DNA from: Verrucomicrobiota bacterium
GTDB taxonomy: Bacteria; Verrucomicrobiota; Verrucomicrobiia; Limisphaerales; JADLHS01
Direction of reading: 5' to 3'
DNA: 64,000 bases
Assembly (NCBI GenBank): GCA_039806955.1
Contig: JBDHQI010000015.1
Coordinates: 33,437 to 97,436 of the forward strand
Shown: piece by piece, positions 1-10,000 of the stretch
Position numbering within the stretch: position 1 is the stretch's first letter
Layout: each line of letters starts with the position of its first letter
Position numbers and translations under genes: made by a program
The notes under the pieces: model-generated
Seen by the model: only the letters and a program-made list of their open reading frames with translations
Database searches by the model: none
What the model was told of the DNA's origin: nothing

Positions 1-10
1 GAGAGCTTTT

Positions 11-1393
11 ATGTTCAACATCCGCTTCGCTTCCATTCCGTTGTTCGCAACGATGTTATTGACCGGCTCGGGAATCTTCCGCACGGTGGCCGCCCCGGAA
101 ATCGTCAGCATCATTCCAGTCGCGCAATTAAGCATTCAAAGCGACATTGGCATCAACAATCAGATTGAGTTCAAGACCGCATTGGACCAACCCGCCTGGG
201 CAATCCTCAGCAATCTGACCGTGTCGCACTCGCCTTACCAAATCATTGATGTCACGCCACCGCCCAGCCCAAACCGTTTTTATCGGGTCGCCACACCCGC
301 CGGGCATATCGCCACAATCGCCCTGCCGCAATTTGTGCGGCAGCTCACCATCACCAGCGAAACCGGGATCACCAACCAAATCCAGTACACTCCCGATCCG
401 CTGCAATCTGCCTGGACCGCGCTGACCAATCTCGTCGTGACCGAAAGTCCGTATGCCATTGTGGACGATGCGGTGTCGTCCTTGACGCCGCGAGTTTATC
501 GAGTCGTCGGACCACAGACCAACGCGCCGCCGCCCACGAACCTGGTCTTCATTCCCGCAGGCGGATTTCAAATGGGTGACGCCCTGGACGGAATGACGGA
601 GGCCCAACCCATCCACACCGTTCAACTCAGCGCGTATTACATTGATCCAACTGAAGTCACGCAAACGCTTTGGGATGAGGTTCATCAATGGGCCATCACC
701 AATGGCTACGATTTTTCCGCCGGAATTCGCAGTGTGGCTTCCAATCATCCGGTTCATTCCGTGACTTGGTATGACGCGGTGAAGTGGTGTAACGCTCGCA
801 GCGAGCGCGAAGGCCGGGTGCCGGCTTATTACCTCAACCCCGGCATGACGCTCGTCTATCGCAGCGGCGAGACGGGCATCCAAAATTCCTGGGTGCTGTG
901 GGATGCCGGTTATCGCCTGCCCACGGAAGCCGAATGGGAAAAAGCCGCGCGCGGTGGAGCGGCGGGACACCGCTTTCCTTGGGCGGTCCCTGATACGATA
1001 TCGCATGAGCGCGCCAACTTTTACAGTTTCTGGCGCAACAGCCAACCGCTCGACGCTTACGATACGAGTGTGACCAACGGTTATCATCCGGCCTTTTCCA
1101 GCGGCACAACGCCATATACAAGCCCCGTCGAGCACTTTGCGCCGAACGATTATGGCTTGTACGATATGGCGGGTAATGTCTGGGAATGGTGTGGCGACTG
1201 GTGGTCGGACGCGTATTACGCCGCGTCAGCGGAAGCGAATCCGCTCGGCCCGATTTCAGGCTCGTTTCGAGTGCTGCGCGGCGGAAGCTGGGCGACGCAG
1301 GCTAATGGCTGTCGCGTGGCCCATCGCGGTAGCGGCACTCCCGATGCAGGCTTTAACACCGTTGGTTTCCGCACTGTGCTGCCGGCACATTGA
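11..1393 (+). CDS. Secreted formylglycine-generating enzyme (FGE/SUMF1) family protein with two N-terminal repeat modules
   Basis: Complete ORF with a hydrophobic signal-like N-terminus (MFNIRFASIPLFATMLLTG). Two tandem ~55-aa modules end in RFYRV / RVYRV. The C-terminal half carries FGE-sulfatase hallmarks: GGFQMGD, HPVHSVTWYDAVKWCNARS, YRLPTEAEWEKAARGG, YGLYDMAGNVWEWCGDWW, RVLRGGSW. Confidence 0.85.
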   Translation: MFNIRFASIPLFATMLLTGSGIFRTVAAPEIVSIIPVAQLSIQSDIGINNQIEFKTALDQPAWAILSNLTVSHSPYQIIDVTPPPSPNRFYRVATPAGHIATIALPQFVRQLTITSETGITNQIQYTPDPLQSAWTALTNLVVTESPYAIVDDAVSSLTPRVYRVVGPQTNAPPPTNLVFIPAGGFQMGDALDGMTEAQPIHTVQLSAYYIDPTEVTQTLWDEVHQWAITNGYDFSAGIRSVASNHPVHSVTWYDAVKWCNARSEREGRVPAYYLNPGMTLVYRSGETGIQNSWVLWDAGYRLPTEAEWEKAARGGAAGHRFPWAVPDTISHERANFYSFWRNSQPLDAYDTSVTNGYHPAFSSGTTPYTSPVEHFAPNDYGLYDMAGNVWEWCGDWWSDAYYAASAEANPLGPISGSFRVLRGGSWATQANGCRVAHRGSGTPDAGFNTVGFRTVLPAH

Positions 1394-1613
1394 GTGTGGT
1401 CAGAGCCTGCCAGGGGTTTGCTCTATCGTTTTTCTGTCCCTCACGTTCTTTCGGCGGAGCTTCGCGCGCGCCGGGATTATCCTTTCATTTCGTCTCTTCA
1501 CTCCCCACCCAATGCTCCCGGTTTCCGCCTTCAGCCCGCATTTGTTCGCGATTCGCGTTGTCGCGAAAATATGTTCAATAACCATCCATATTTGTTACAA
1601 TCCGGTGGCGATA

Positions 1614-2225
1614 ATGGAAAGTGAAGCCCAACTTCTGGCGCGTTGCCGTCAGGGCGAAACCACCGCCTGGGATACGCTGTTTGATCAGCACTATGCGGCG
1701 GCGGGGCGTTTTGTCTTTCAACTGGCATCAGATTTTACCCGTGAAGACGTCGAGGAAGTTTGCCAGGAAACTTTTCTGAGTGTGATTCGCAATCTGCATG
1801 CGTTTCAGGGTCAAAGCCAGTTCCGCACCTGGTTGTTCCACATTGCCGCCAACAAAGCCCGCGATTTTCGCGAAAAGAAAAATGCCGCCAAGCGCGGCGG
1901 CGGCCAGCAGCCGCTTTCCTTGCAGACGGAACTTGAACCGACCGGGCGGGTGCTGGAACCATCGGATCCAACTCCCCCACCAGACCTCCGCCTGATCAAA
2001 CTGGAACAAGCCGGACAGGTGCGCGAGGCGGTGGCCTTGCTCGACGCGCCCTGCCGCGAAATCATCGAGCTGCGGTACTTCGGCGATTTGAGCTACGACG
2101 AGTTAAGCCGTTTATTGGCGCTGCATCCCAAAACGGTCAGCTCGCGCCTCAGCAAATGTCTCGACAAGCTGGAGTTGATTGTTTGCCGCATCTTTTCACA
2201 GGAAAATTCACCAAATCCCGTCTAA
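1614..2225 (+). CDS. ECF-type RNA polymerase sigma-70 factor
   Basis: In-frame ATG at 1614 inside track ORF 1137..2225; the upstream part of that ORF overlaps gene 1 and looks non-coding. Region 2 (FRTWLFHIAANKARDFREKK) and region 4 helix-turn-helix (IIELRYFGDLSYDELSRLLALHPKTVSSRLSK) are present. Confidence 0.85.
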   Translation: MESEAQLLARCRQGETTAWDTLFDQHYAAAGRFVFQLASDFTREDVEEVCQETFLSVIRNLHAFQGQSQFRTWLFHIAANKARDFREKKNAAKRGGGQQPLSLQTELEPTGRVLEPSDPTPPPDLRLIKLEQAGQVREAVALLDAPCREIIELRYFGDLSYDELSRLLALHPKTVSSRLSKCLDKLELIVCRIFSQENSPNPV

Positions 2226-2239
2226 ACTGGAGTGAGTTA

Positions 2240-3610
2240 ATGAACGACGAACGTCTCATTGAAGAATTGCTTCGCCGCGCGGTTCGCGAACGCAACGACG
2301 CAGCGGGGGAAGCGCTCGAATTACATCCGCTCCACCGGCGCCAGTTGCAAGCGGAGGTGGCGCGACAGTTTCCTGCGACGTCCGATGCGCCCACGGCTGC
2401 GGCCAGCATTCCGTTCTGGAAACTTCCCCTCTGGCGCTTTGGTTACGCGCTGGCCGCGTTGCTGGTGATCGCCTTCATCGTCTTCCGACTGTTTTTCCAA
2501 TCAGATAGAACCGAATTTCAACCGATCCACGAGCTGGCACAAAACTCACTCGACGAAGCTCCGCTGCGCGTGCTGAACGAGCCGCCCCCGCCCAATCCTC
2601 CCGCAGTGGCGCCGGTGGCGGTCGCGTTGAATGACACTGAAAAGACCGAAGCGAAACCTGCTCTGGCGACCGATACAAGTTCTGCTTCCCGCGAAAGCGC
2701 CGCAACGGCACAAACGGCCCCAGTGGCTGGCGGGGAATTCATTATCGCCGCCAAAAGTCAGGCGGAATTGAGCTTCGCAGGAGCGACCGCCGTTCCGCCG
2801 GCAGATTCCACGTTGCGCCCTGCGCCGCCCGCTTCGCCATCACCGGCCGCTCCGCGGCCGGCGCCGATTGCCTTGGGCAGATCAGCTCAGGCCCAGCCCC
2901 GAAAGACTGATGCGGAAGCGTCACCCCGAATCCTGCTGGCGGCTGCGACGCCGACCGAAACGTCCAGTGCGACTGCGGGTTTGACGGCCGGCGCCGCACC
3001 GGCGCCAACCAGCGTGCCGACCGTGACGGAAGCGGCGCCGGTGGAAGTACACTCAGTACACTCGCAATCCTTCGTCCGCTTTGCCACGGCGCAACAGGAA
3101 AAAGCGCGCGATGAACGCCTGCCGCAGTTTCCCGTGCCGCCGCTGCTGCAAAGTTTCAAGGTGGAACAAAACGGGTTGAACCTGCGCGTCATTGACGCGG
3201 ACGGTTCGATTTACCGCGGGATGTTTGATGAAGCGAACACGATTTACGGTCAAGTTTCCACGCGCCGGACCCGCGATCTGGCGGTCGCCAATCGCAACCG
3301 GTTTCGTTCGCCCTCGCCCAAAGCCAGCGCGGAACTGACGCGGCGCGAGCCGGTGATTTATTTCTATCAAGTCAGCGGCACCAACCTGACGCGCAAAGCC
3401 ACGCTAACCTTTAGTTGGAATTTCGTTTCCACCAATGAAGTGACGCTGGCGGCCATGCCCGATTACCGGCCGGTGATCAAGGACGCGGATTTCAGCAAAC
3501 AAATCTCGGACTTCCCCGAGTTGCTGCACCGCTCCTACCTCAAGGGCCGCGTGCAGTTTGATGACGGTCGTGTAACCGAAATCAACGCCGCGCCGGTATT
3601 CACGCCGTGA
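2240..3610 (+). CDS. Putative membrane-spanning anti-sigma factor (single TM, Pro/Ala-rich linker, C-terminal globular domain)
   Basis: ATG at 2240 lies 14 nt after the sigma factor stop. It has a short N-terminal cytoplasmic segment, one TM helix (LWRFGYALAALLVIAFIVFRLFF), a long P/A/T-rich region and a C-terminal domain. The call rests on position and topology only; no zinc-finger anti-sigma motif was seen. Confidence 0.55.
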   Translation: MNDERLIEELLRRAVRERNDAAGEALELHPLHRRQLQAEVARQFPATSDAPTAAASIPFWKLPLWRFGYALAALLVIAFIVFRLFFQSDRTEFQPIHELAQNSLDEAPLRVLNEPPPPNPPAVAPVAVALNDTEKTEAKPALATDTSSASRESAATAQTAPVAGGEFIIAAKSQAELSFAGATAVPPADSTLRPAPPASPSPAAPRPAPIALGRSAQAQPRKTDAEASPRILLAAATPTETSSATAGLTAGAAPAPTSVPTVTEAAPVEVHSVHSQSFVRFATAQQEKARDERLPQFPVPPLLQSFKVEQNGLNLRVIDADGSIYRGMFDEANTIYGQVSTRRTRDLAVANRNRFRSPSPKASAELTRREPVIYFYQVSGTNLTRKATLTFSWNFVSTNEVTLAAMPDYRPVIKDADFSKQISDFPELLHRSYLKGRVQFDDGRVTEINAAPVFTP

Positions 3611-4881
3611 GCGTGACTGCCAGGGTTGGCAGCTCCCAACGGTTTACAATCAATAAACCAAAACCAGGGCTGCGGCGCGTTCCGCCTCCTGCACCACGAC
3701 CTCAAATTTTTCTCTTGGGTGGCCGGTTCTTTGAGTTTGGCTGCCACTGCGGGTACGGACTCCAGAAAGCTCAGGAAATAACTGCTTTTCACGGCGTAAT
3801 TCACGTTCTCCGGCAACGCCCCGCTGGTTTCAAGCGCGGCACTGGCGCTTAATTTGGCGGACACCACGCCCACCGCATTGCCGCACATATCCACCAGTGC
3901 GCCCCCCGAATTACCCGGTTGGACCGGCACGCTGATTTGGAAGTAACGCACATCGTCGCCCGCACCGGAGAGCGAAGCGATTTCTCCCTTGGCCAACTTG
4001 GGGGCAAACCCCTGAAGACCAATGTTGGGAAACCCCACCGTGGCCACGGTGCCGCCCAGTTTTACCCCGCGACTGGCGGCGACCGTCAACGGCGTGAAGT
4101 GGCCTTCCGCCTTGAGCAACGCCAGATCGTTGGCTGCATCCACCTTCACCACCCGGGCGGGCACCGAGCCAGCCCGCGTAACCAAGCGCACCCGATTGGC
4201 GTTGCCCACGACGTGATGGTTGGAAACCAAGTAACCATCCTCAGAAATGAAAAATCCGGTCCCGCTGCTCTCCGGCTGAGTGGCTACGACCCCATTAGCC
4301 GAGTTCGGTGGTTCGGCCTTAATTGCCTCACGCGGCTTGAAATTACGTGCCGCTCTTTGTGCTTGGGCGATCTGTTCCCGGGTTAAGCGACGTTCCATAA
4401 TCGCCATAACTTCCTACGCATTTTCTTGGCCTTGCGCTCCAGCCAACAGAACCCACTTGTAACCTTCCATTTCATCTTTCACCACTCCCATACCATTGTT
4501 ATAACACCAGCCCAAATTGTTTTGCGCCTCGGCATCACCTTGTTCGGCGGCCTGGCGATACCACTTCACCGCTTCCGCTGGATCCTTTGCGACGCCCATA
4601 CATGCGCCCAAACAGAATTGCGCCTCGGCATCACCCTCTTCAGCAGCTTTCTTAAACTAGGTTACCGCCTCAGTATAATTAGTCGCTTTATAAAGCATCA
4701 TGCCACGCTCATACGGAGACGGAGTATTCTGGCTTTCTTTAGCCGCCACCGGAGTATGGTCCGAAAGCAATTCCGCCTCTCTTGGTTTAACCAGTTGGTA
4801 CGTAACGGCGACGGTGGCGCTGACCACCACCACTCCCAAAAATGCGCCAATGATAATGATTTTCGGTTTAATGATTTTCAT
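3535..4881 (-). pseudogene. Membrane-anchored Sel1-repeat / trypsin-like (S1, HtrA-like without PDZ) serine protease, interrupted by two in-frame TAG codons
   Basis: Track ORFs 4657..4881, 4414..4611 and 3535..4407 are all in one minus-strand frame. They are separated only by TAG at 4657-4659 and at 4414-4416. Read together they give a TM anchor (IIIIGAFLGVVVVSATVAVTY), Sel1 repeats (AVKWYRQAAEQGDAEAQNNLGWCY) and a protease with an intact triad context (VSNHHVV, NDLALLK, GNSGGAL). The 3535..4407 piece has its own ATG and could be expressed alone. Confidence 0.6.
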
Positions 4882-5081
4882 GGTTGCACGGGATTCGTTC
4901 TCGGCAAAACCCTCGGTAGGAATTTATTTTCAGAAAATGTTTTGATCGGTAAATCCTCGTCATCACTTTTCACATCGCACGAGCCCGGTTGGGCTTTGAG
5001 CACAATTTCCCAATCACAACGATTGCCGAGTGTTTCCGCGAGGTTCTGGGAGAGTTTTGAAGTGCTCCAAGCTTCAGCCAA
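4878..5081 (-). CDS. Hypothetical small protein (67 aa)
   Basis: ORF whose TGA overlaps the ATG of the Sel1/protease gene in an ATGA junction (4878-4881), suggesting translational coupling. Codon usage is plausible. No recognisable domain. Confidence 0.35.
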   Translation of the reverse strand: MAEAWSTSKLSQNLAETLGNRCDWEIVLKAQPGSCDVKSDDEDLPIKTFSENKFLPRVLPRTNPVQP

Positions 5082-5757
5082 ATCGTGAAATCTGTCATAA
5101 AAACTAAAACGGCACGTTCATTTTTGAGGCAGCCATAAGTTTTCGCATCGCCATGCGGTCGGTGCGCGTGTAAAAAGCAGGGAAAATGCTACAAGCCGTT
5201 GTTTTTCGCCCAAAGCGATTTCTGTCTCGGCAACCGCTACCTGACCGCGTTTGGGGATGCGCAAGGGTCATTCCCAACACTCAATTCAAGTCCGTGGTCT
5301 CCGCTTGTCTCGCCAGCAGCGTTCTGGGGCATTTTAAGTAATTCTTTAACCGCCGACATGACGCAGCGGGCCTCCCAACCTCAAGCCAAGCGTTGGGATC
5401 AAACTGACGACCACTCTTGGTTCGGGGCGAGCCCCGGCGCGCCCGCGTCTTGGACTGCGGCAGCCCGCTGCCGCCGTGGAATCATCGACCTGCGACCGGG
5501 AAGCGGCAGAAGACTGCCACGTTCCAAAACCTCGCGGACGGCGGCGCCATTCCCCATCCGGACTCCACCTTCATTGGGTTACGCTCGTTCGGCGCCACGG
5601 CTGCAACTTTAATCCGGAAGGATGCAGTTGGCCCATTCCACCCAAACTCCAATCGAATCGCTCCGGTTAATCAAACCGCTATGATCTACGAGCGTTCTCG
5701 CTACGGTGTAACGATTTAACATTTTAACGCTTTCCCGGTCGCCGCTATGCTGGGCGC

Positions 5758-7047
5758 ATGATTTCGCGGACCAAATCCGAGGCGCTGTTTGCGGCGGCGC
5801 TCAACTATATTCCGGGCGGGGTTAATTCACCCGTGCGCGCCTTTCGCGCGGTGGGCGGTCAACCGTTCTTCGTCTCCCAAGCCAGCGGCGCTCGGATCAC
5901 CGACGTGGACGGCAACAACTACATTGATTACGTCGGCACGTGGGGGCCGGCCATTCTCGGGCACGCGCATCCGAAAATCATCGCCGCCGTCAAAGCCGCC
6001 GCTGATTTCGGCACGAGCTTTGGGATTCCGAATCCGCACGAGGTCACCATGGCCGAGCGGATTGTCCGGCTTGTGCCCAGCGTGCAAAAAGTCCGCATGA
6101 CCAATTCCGGCACGGAAGCGTGCATGAGCGCCATCCGGCTGGCGCGCGGTTTTACGAAGCGCGACCAGATCATCAAGTTCGCCGGCTGCTATCATGGCCA
6201 CGCGGATTCCTTGCTGGTCAAAGCGGGTTCGGGCGCGCTCACGTTCGGCAACCCCGACAGCGCGGGCGTTCCGGCGGATTTTGCCAAACACACCCTCGTA
6301 CTGCCGTATAACGAAACGGAACCGCTCCAGGCCGCGTTCGCCGCGCACCCCGACACCATCGCGTGCATCATCGTCGAACCGGTGGCGGGTAATGCGGGTT
6401 TGTTCATCCCGAAACCGGGCTGGCTGGAATTTCTGCGCGCCATTACGAAGGCGAACGACGCGTTGCTCATCTTTGACGAGGTGATGACTGGTTTCCGGCT
6501 CGCGCCCGGCGGCGCGCAGGAAAAATTCGGCATCACGCCGGACCTTTCAACGTTCGGCAAAATCATCGGCGGCGGTCTGCCCGTCGGCGCACTGGGTGGC
6601 CGGGCGGACATCATGGATTACCTCGCGCCGGTGGGGCCGGTGTATCAAGCGGGCACGCTCAGCGGCAATCCGCTGGCCATGGCGGCCGGGTTGGCGAACC
6701 TGGGCGAATTGGCGGCGGGAGATTATTACGCGCAACTGGAGACGCGCGGGGCGCAGTTGGAAGCGGGGCTGCGCGCGGCGGCCAAGGCGGCGGGCGTCGC
6801 GGCGACCTTCAATCGCTGCGGCTCGATGTTTTGTTGTTACTTCACCGATCAGCCGGTCTGGAATCTCGACGACGCGATGAAATCCGATCGTGAGCGTTTC
6901 AAAAAATTCTTTCACGGCATGCTGGCGGCGGGTGTGTATCTGGCGCCGTCCCAGTTCGAAGCCGGTTTCATCTCCGCGGCGCACACCGAGGCGGACATCG
7001 AGCAAACCGTAAAGGCGGCGGCTCAGGTGTTGAAGGGGCTGGCGTAA
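5758..7047 (+). CDS. hemL: Glutamate-1-semialdehyde 2,1-aminomutase
   Basis: Full-length 429 aa with the typical HemL N-terminus ([28 protein letters not shown]) and class III aminotransferase core (FDEVMTGFR ... [15 protein letters not shown]). Confidence 0.95.
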   Translation: MISRTKSEALFAAALNYIPGGVNSPVRAFRAVGGQPFFVSQASGARITDVDGNNYIDYVGTWGPAILGHAHPKIIAAVKAAADFGTSFGIPNPHEVTMAERIVRLVPSVQKVRMTNSGTEACMSAIRLARGFTKRDQIIKFAGCYHGHADSLLVKAGSGALTFGNPDSAGVPADFAKHTLVLPYNETEPLQAAFAAHPDTIACIIVEPVAGNAGLFIPKPGWLEFLRAITKANDALLIFDEVMTGFRLAPGGAQEKFGITPDLSTFGKIIGGGLPVGALGGRADIMDYLAPVGPVYQAGTLSGNPLAMAAGLANLGELAAGDYYAQLETRGAQLEAGLRAAAKAAGVAATFNRCGSMFCCYFTDQPVWNLDDAMKSDRERFKKFFHGMLAAGVYLAPSQFEAGFISAAHTEADIEQTVKAAAQVLKGLA

Positions 7048-7097
7048 TCAGTTTGAGCAATCAGAGTCATCAGAACGAACCCGCAAGAATCAACGTA

Positions 7098-10000
7098 ATG
7101 AAATCCATACTTTTCGCGATTACCGTCTTGTGGCTGATCGGAGCAGCCGGGGCCAATGAGGTCTATATCAACGAGGTGTTGCCCAATGCGCCCGGGGCGG
7201 ATACCGGCAATGAATACTTCGAGTTGCGCGGCGCGCCCAATCTGTCTTTGACCGGTTATTATTTGATCAGCGTAGAGGGTCAGGGCACAGGCACGCCCGG
7301 CAAAGGCGACATCAATCAGTTTTTTAATTTGAGCGCCTTCTCGCTCGGGGCTAACGGCTATTTGTTTGCGCGTCAAGCCGGCAGTCAATACACGCCGACT
7401 GCGGCGGGGGCCGCCGTGATTGAAAACACCAGCGGCACCGGCTGGGGACAAGCGAACACCGGCGGCGTGGGCAGCACGGTGGGACATTATTCGGATGGAA
7501 CTCAGGTGGATTTGGAAAACAGCGCGACCACCATTCTGTTGGTCAAAGTGGCGCCGGGCGGGGTGGCGCCCACCAACACTATTGATCTGGACCCGAACAA
7601 CGACGGCTTCCTGGATTTGCCCGCAGGTTGGACGGTGGTGGATTCGGTGGGAATCATGGATGGGGCCGGCGCGGCGGCGACGGATGCCGTTTATGGGGTC
7701 ATTAATTTTCGGGCGCCAGACACCAATGGGAACTACGTGGGCACCTGCGCTTACGGGAACATCATTAATGTGCCGGGGCAGCTTACCACCAGCGCGGGCA
7801 CGTTTTACGTTGGACGCAAAGGCGAATCCACCGGCTCGTCCACCAACGATTGGGTGGGCGCAATCGCGGATGGTTCAGCGGGCAGTCCGCTGGACTTCAT
7901 TTTCCATAGCGCCAGTGATCCGGCTTACAACGGCCTGAAGATCGCCGACATGGTTTATGGCGGGACCAATTGGGGACCGACGGACGCGCCGGGCTCGCCC
8001 GAAATCCCGGTCTTGATCGGGCCGTCGAGCAACGCGGTGAACGTCGCCACCGCTGCGGCATTACAGGCCAGCGTGGGCGATCCGGGCGGCAGCAATCTAA
8101 CCGTCGTGTTTTATGGGGGTCCGGTTTCGACCGGTCCGGACTTCACGCTGGTGGCGCTGCCGGATACGCAATACTACAGCGCCTCGGCCCGGCGCGGGCT
8201 TCCCGCCATGTTCAACGCGCAAACGGATTGGATCATCGCCAACCGCCTCGCGTGGAACATCGCCTACGTGGCGCATTTAGGTGACATCGTGGATACGGGC
8301 GACACGCTGGCGCAATGGCGCAACGCCACCAACGCGCTTTACCGGCTGGAAGATCCGTTGCTTACGGGGCTGTCGGATGGCATCCCGTACGGAGTAACCG
8401 TGGGCAACCATGATCAGGCGCCCAATGGGGATCCAAACGACAACAGCACCGCGTACTTCAACCAATTTTTGGGTGTGGATCACTTTGCCGGCAAGTCGTA
8501 CTACGGCGGCCATTACGGGACCAACAACGATAATCACTTCGATTTATTTTCCGCCGGCGGCATGGACTTCATCGTGATTTACTTTGAATACGATACCCAA
8601 GCCAATGCGGCGGTGTTGGCCTGGGCCAAAGCGCTGCTGCAAACCTACTCGCAACGGCGCGCCATCGTTGTCAGTCATTACATCGGTCGCGCGGCCACGC
8701 CTTCCAGTTTTGGCGCGCAAGGCGCCGCCATTTACAACGAACTCAAGTCCCAGCCCAATCTCTTCCTCATGCTCTCGGGACACGTTAATGGCGAGGGAAT
8801 GCGCGAGGATGTCTTTGCCGGGAACACGGTGCGCACCCTGGTTTCCGATTTCCAGTTTCGACCCGACGGCGGCGGCGGGTTTCTGCGGCTGCTGCGTTTC
8901 TCGCCCGCTTTCAACCAGGTTCGCGTTTTCAGCTATTCTCCCTGGCTGCGCGAGTACGAAACTGATGCCGACAGCCAGTTGGAGTTTGCCTACAACATGC
9001 AGGCGGCGGCGACCACTTTCACCCCCATCGCCACGAATTACGTGCCTGCGGGCAGTTTGGTGGATTGCAACTGGACGGGTTTGACGCCCGGCGCCGCCTA
9101 CGATTGGTACGTCACGGCCAGCAACGGTCGGGAAACCGCGGTCAGCCCCGTTTGGCGTTTTGCCACGGCACCAGAGAATCCGCCGTGGACCAACCTCGCC
9201 CCGATCCTCAATGAATTTTCGCACCATACGATGCCGGCCAATACCACCGCCGAGATTCCCTTCACAATTGCTGATGCGGAAACGGATCCTACCAATTTGG
9301 TGGTGACCGTCGCTTCGAGCAACGCCCCGCTGCTGCCCCCGGCGGGCATCAACGTGACGGGCGCGGGAGCCAACCGCGTGTTGCAATTGACCCCCGCACC
9401 CGATCAAGCCGGCGCCGCCTGGATTACGGTTGCCGTGAGCGACGGCGATTACACCCCCAGCAAATCGTTCATGCTTAAGGTGCAACAGCCGGAGATTCTG
9501 GCGCTCTGGAATTTCAACAGTAATCCACCGGATAACAACACTTCCACCGGCACCCTGATTCCCGCGATCGGTGCTGGCGTCGCGGCCAGCGTGGGCACGG
9601 CCACCGACTCGCTGAACAGCGACGTGGCGTCGCGCAGTTTTGATCCCAATCAGACCGATAATTCCAAGTGGCGATTGACTGCGTTCCCATCCCAAGGCGC
9701 GGGCAATCGGACCAGCGGCGCGGAATTCCGCGTCAGCACCGTCGGCAGCCGCAACCTCGGGATTTCCTGGGATCACTACAACAGCGCCACCGCCAGCCGC
9801 TATTGGCGGGTGCAATACACCGTGGACGGCGTCAACTTCAACAACACCTCCTTCGTTTATACCAATCCTCATGAAACATTGTGGTTTCCCACCGGGCTTA
9901 GTCTGGCCGGTCTTCCCGGCGTGGACGATAACCCCAACTTTGGCTTCCGCATCGTCAGCGAATGGGAAAGCACGGCCACAGGCCAGGGCGCGAATCAGTA

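Noticed and set aside
128-1135. 335-aa minus-strand ORF (and 834..1121) antisense to the FGE-like gene
   Set aside because: It is fully embedded antisense in a gene with clear domain motifs. The translation is Arg/Gly/Pro-rich and has no recognisable features. This is a typical GC-rich shadow ORF.
3535-3610. 76-nt convergent overlap between the anti-sigma gene 3' end and the protease ORF 3' end
   Set aside because: The recognisable protease domain ends near 3700. The remaining ~55 codons (…RSWCRRRNAPQPWFWFIDCKPLG…) look like read-on into non-coding or antisense sequence for lack of a stop codon. This is probably not a functional overlap.
4414-4659. Genome-wide reassignment of TAG as an explanation for the two in-frame amber codons
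   Set aside because: TAG terminates other well-defined genes in the window at positions consistent with full-length family members (cinA at 33496-33498; the giant Ig protein at 41033-41035). No pyl genes or suppressor tRNA are visible here. Local read-through cannot be excluded, so this stays as a finding.
5089-5757. RNase P RNA, tmRNA, SRP RNA or cobalamin riboswitch assignment for the hemL-upstream block (and likewise for 12517..13003)
   Set aside because: The universal elements are missing: GGAAAGUCC with a complementary ACAGAA.CCGGCUUA P4 strand; GGGG..UUCGAC with a T-arm and CCA end; the SRP 5'-side AGG loop; and the full ordered B12 core. Only short partial resemblances were seen, so no ncRNA feature is claimed.
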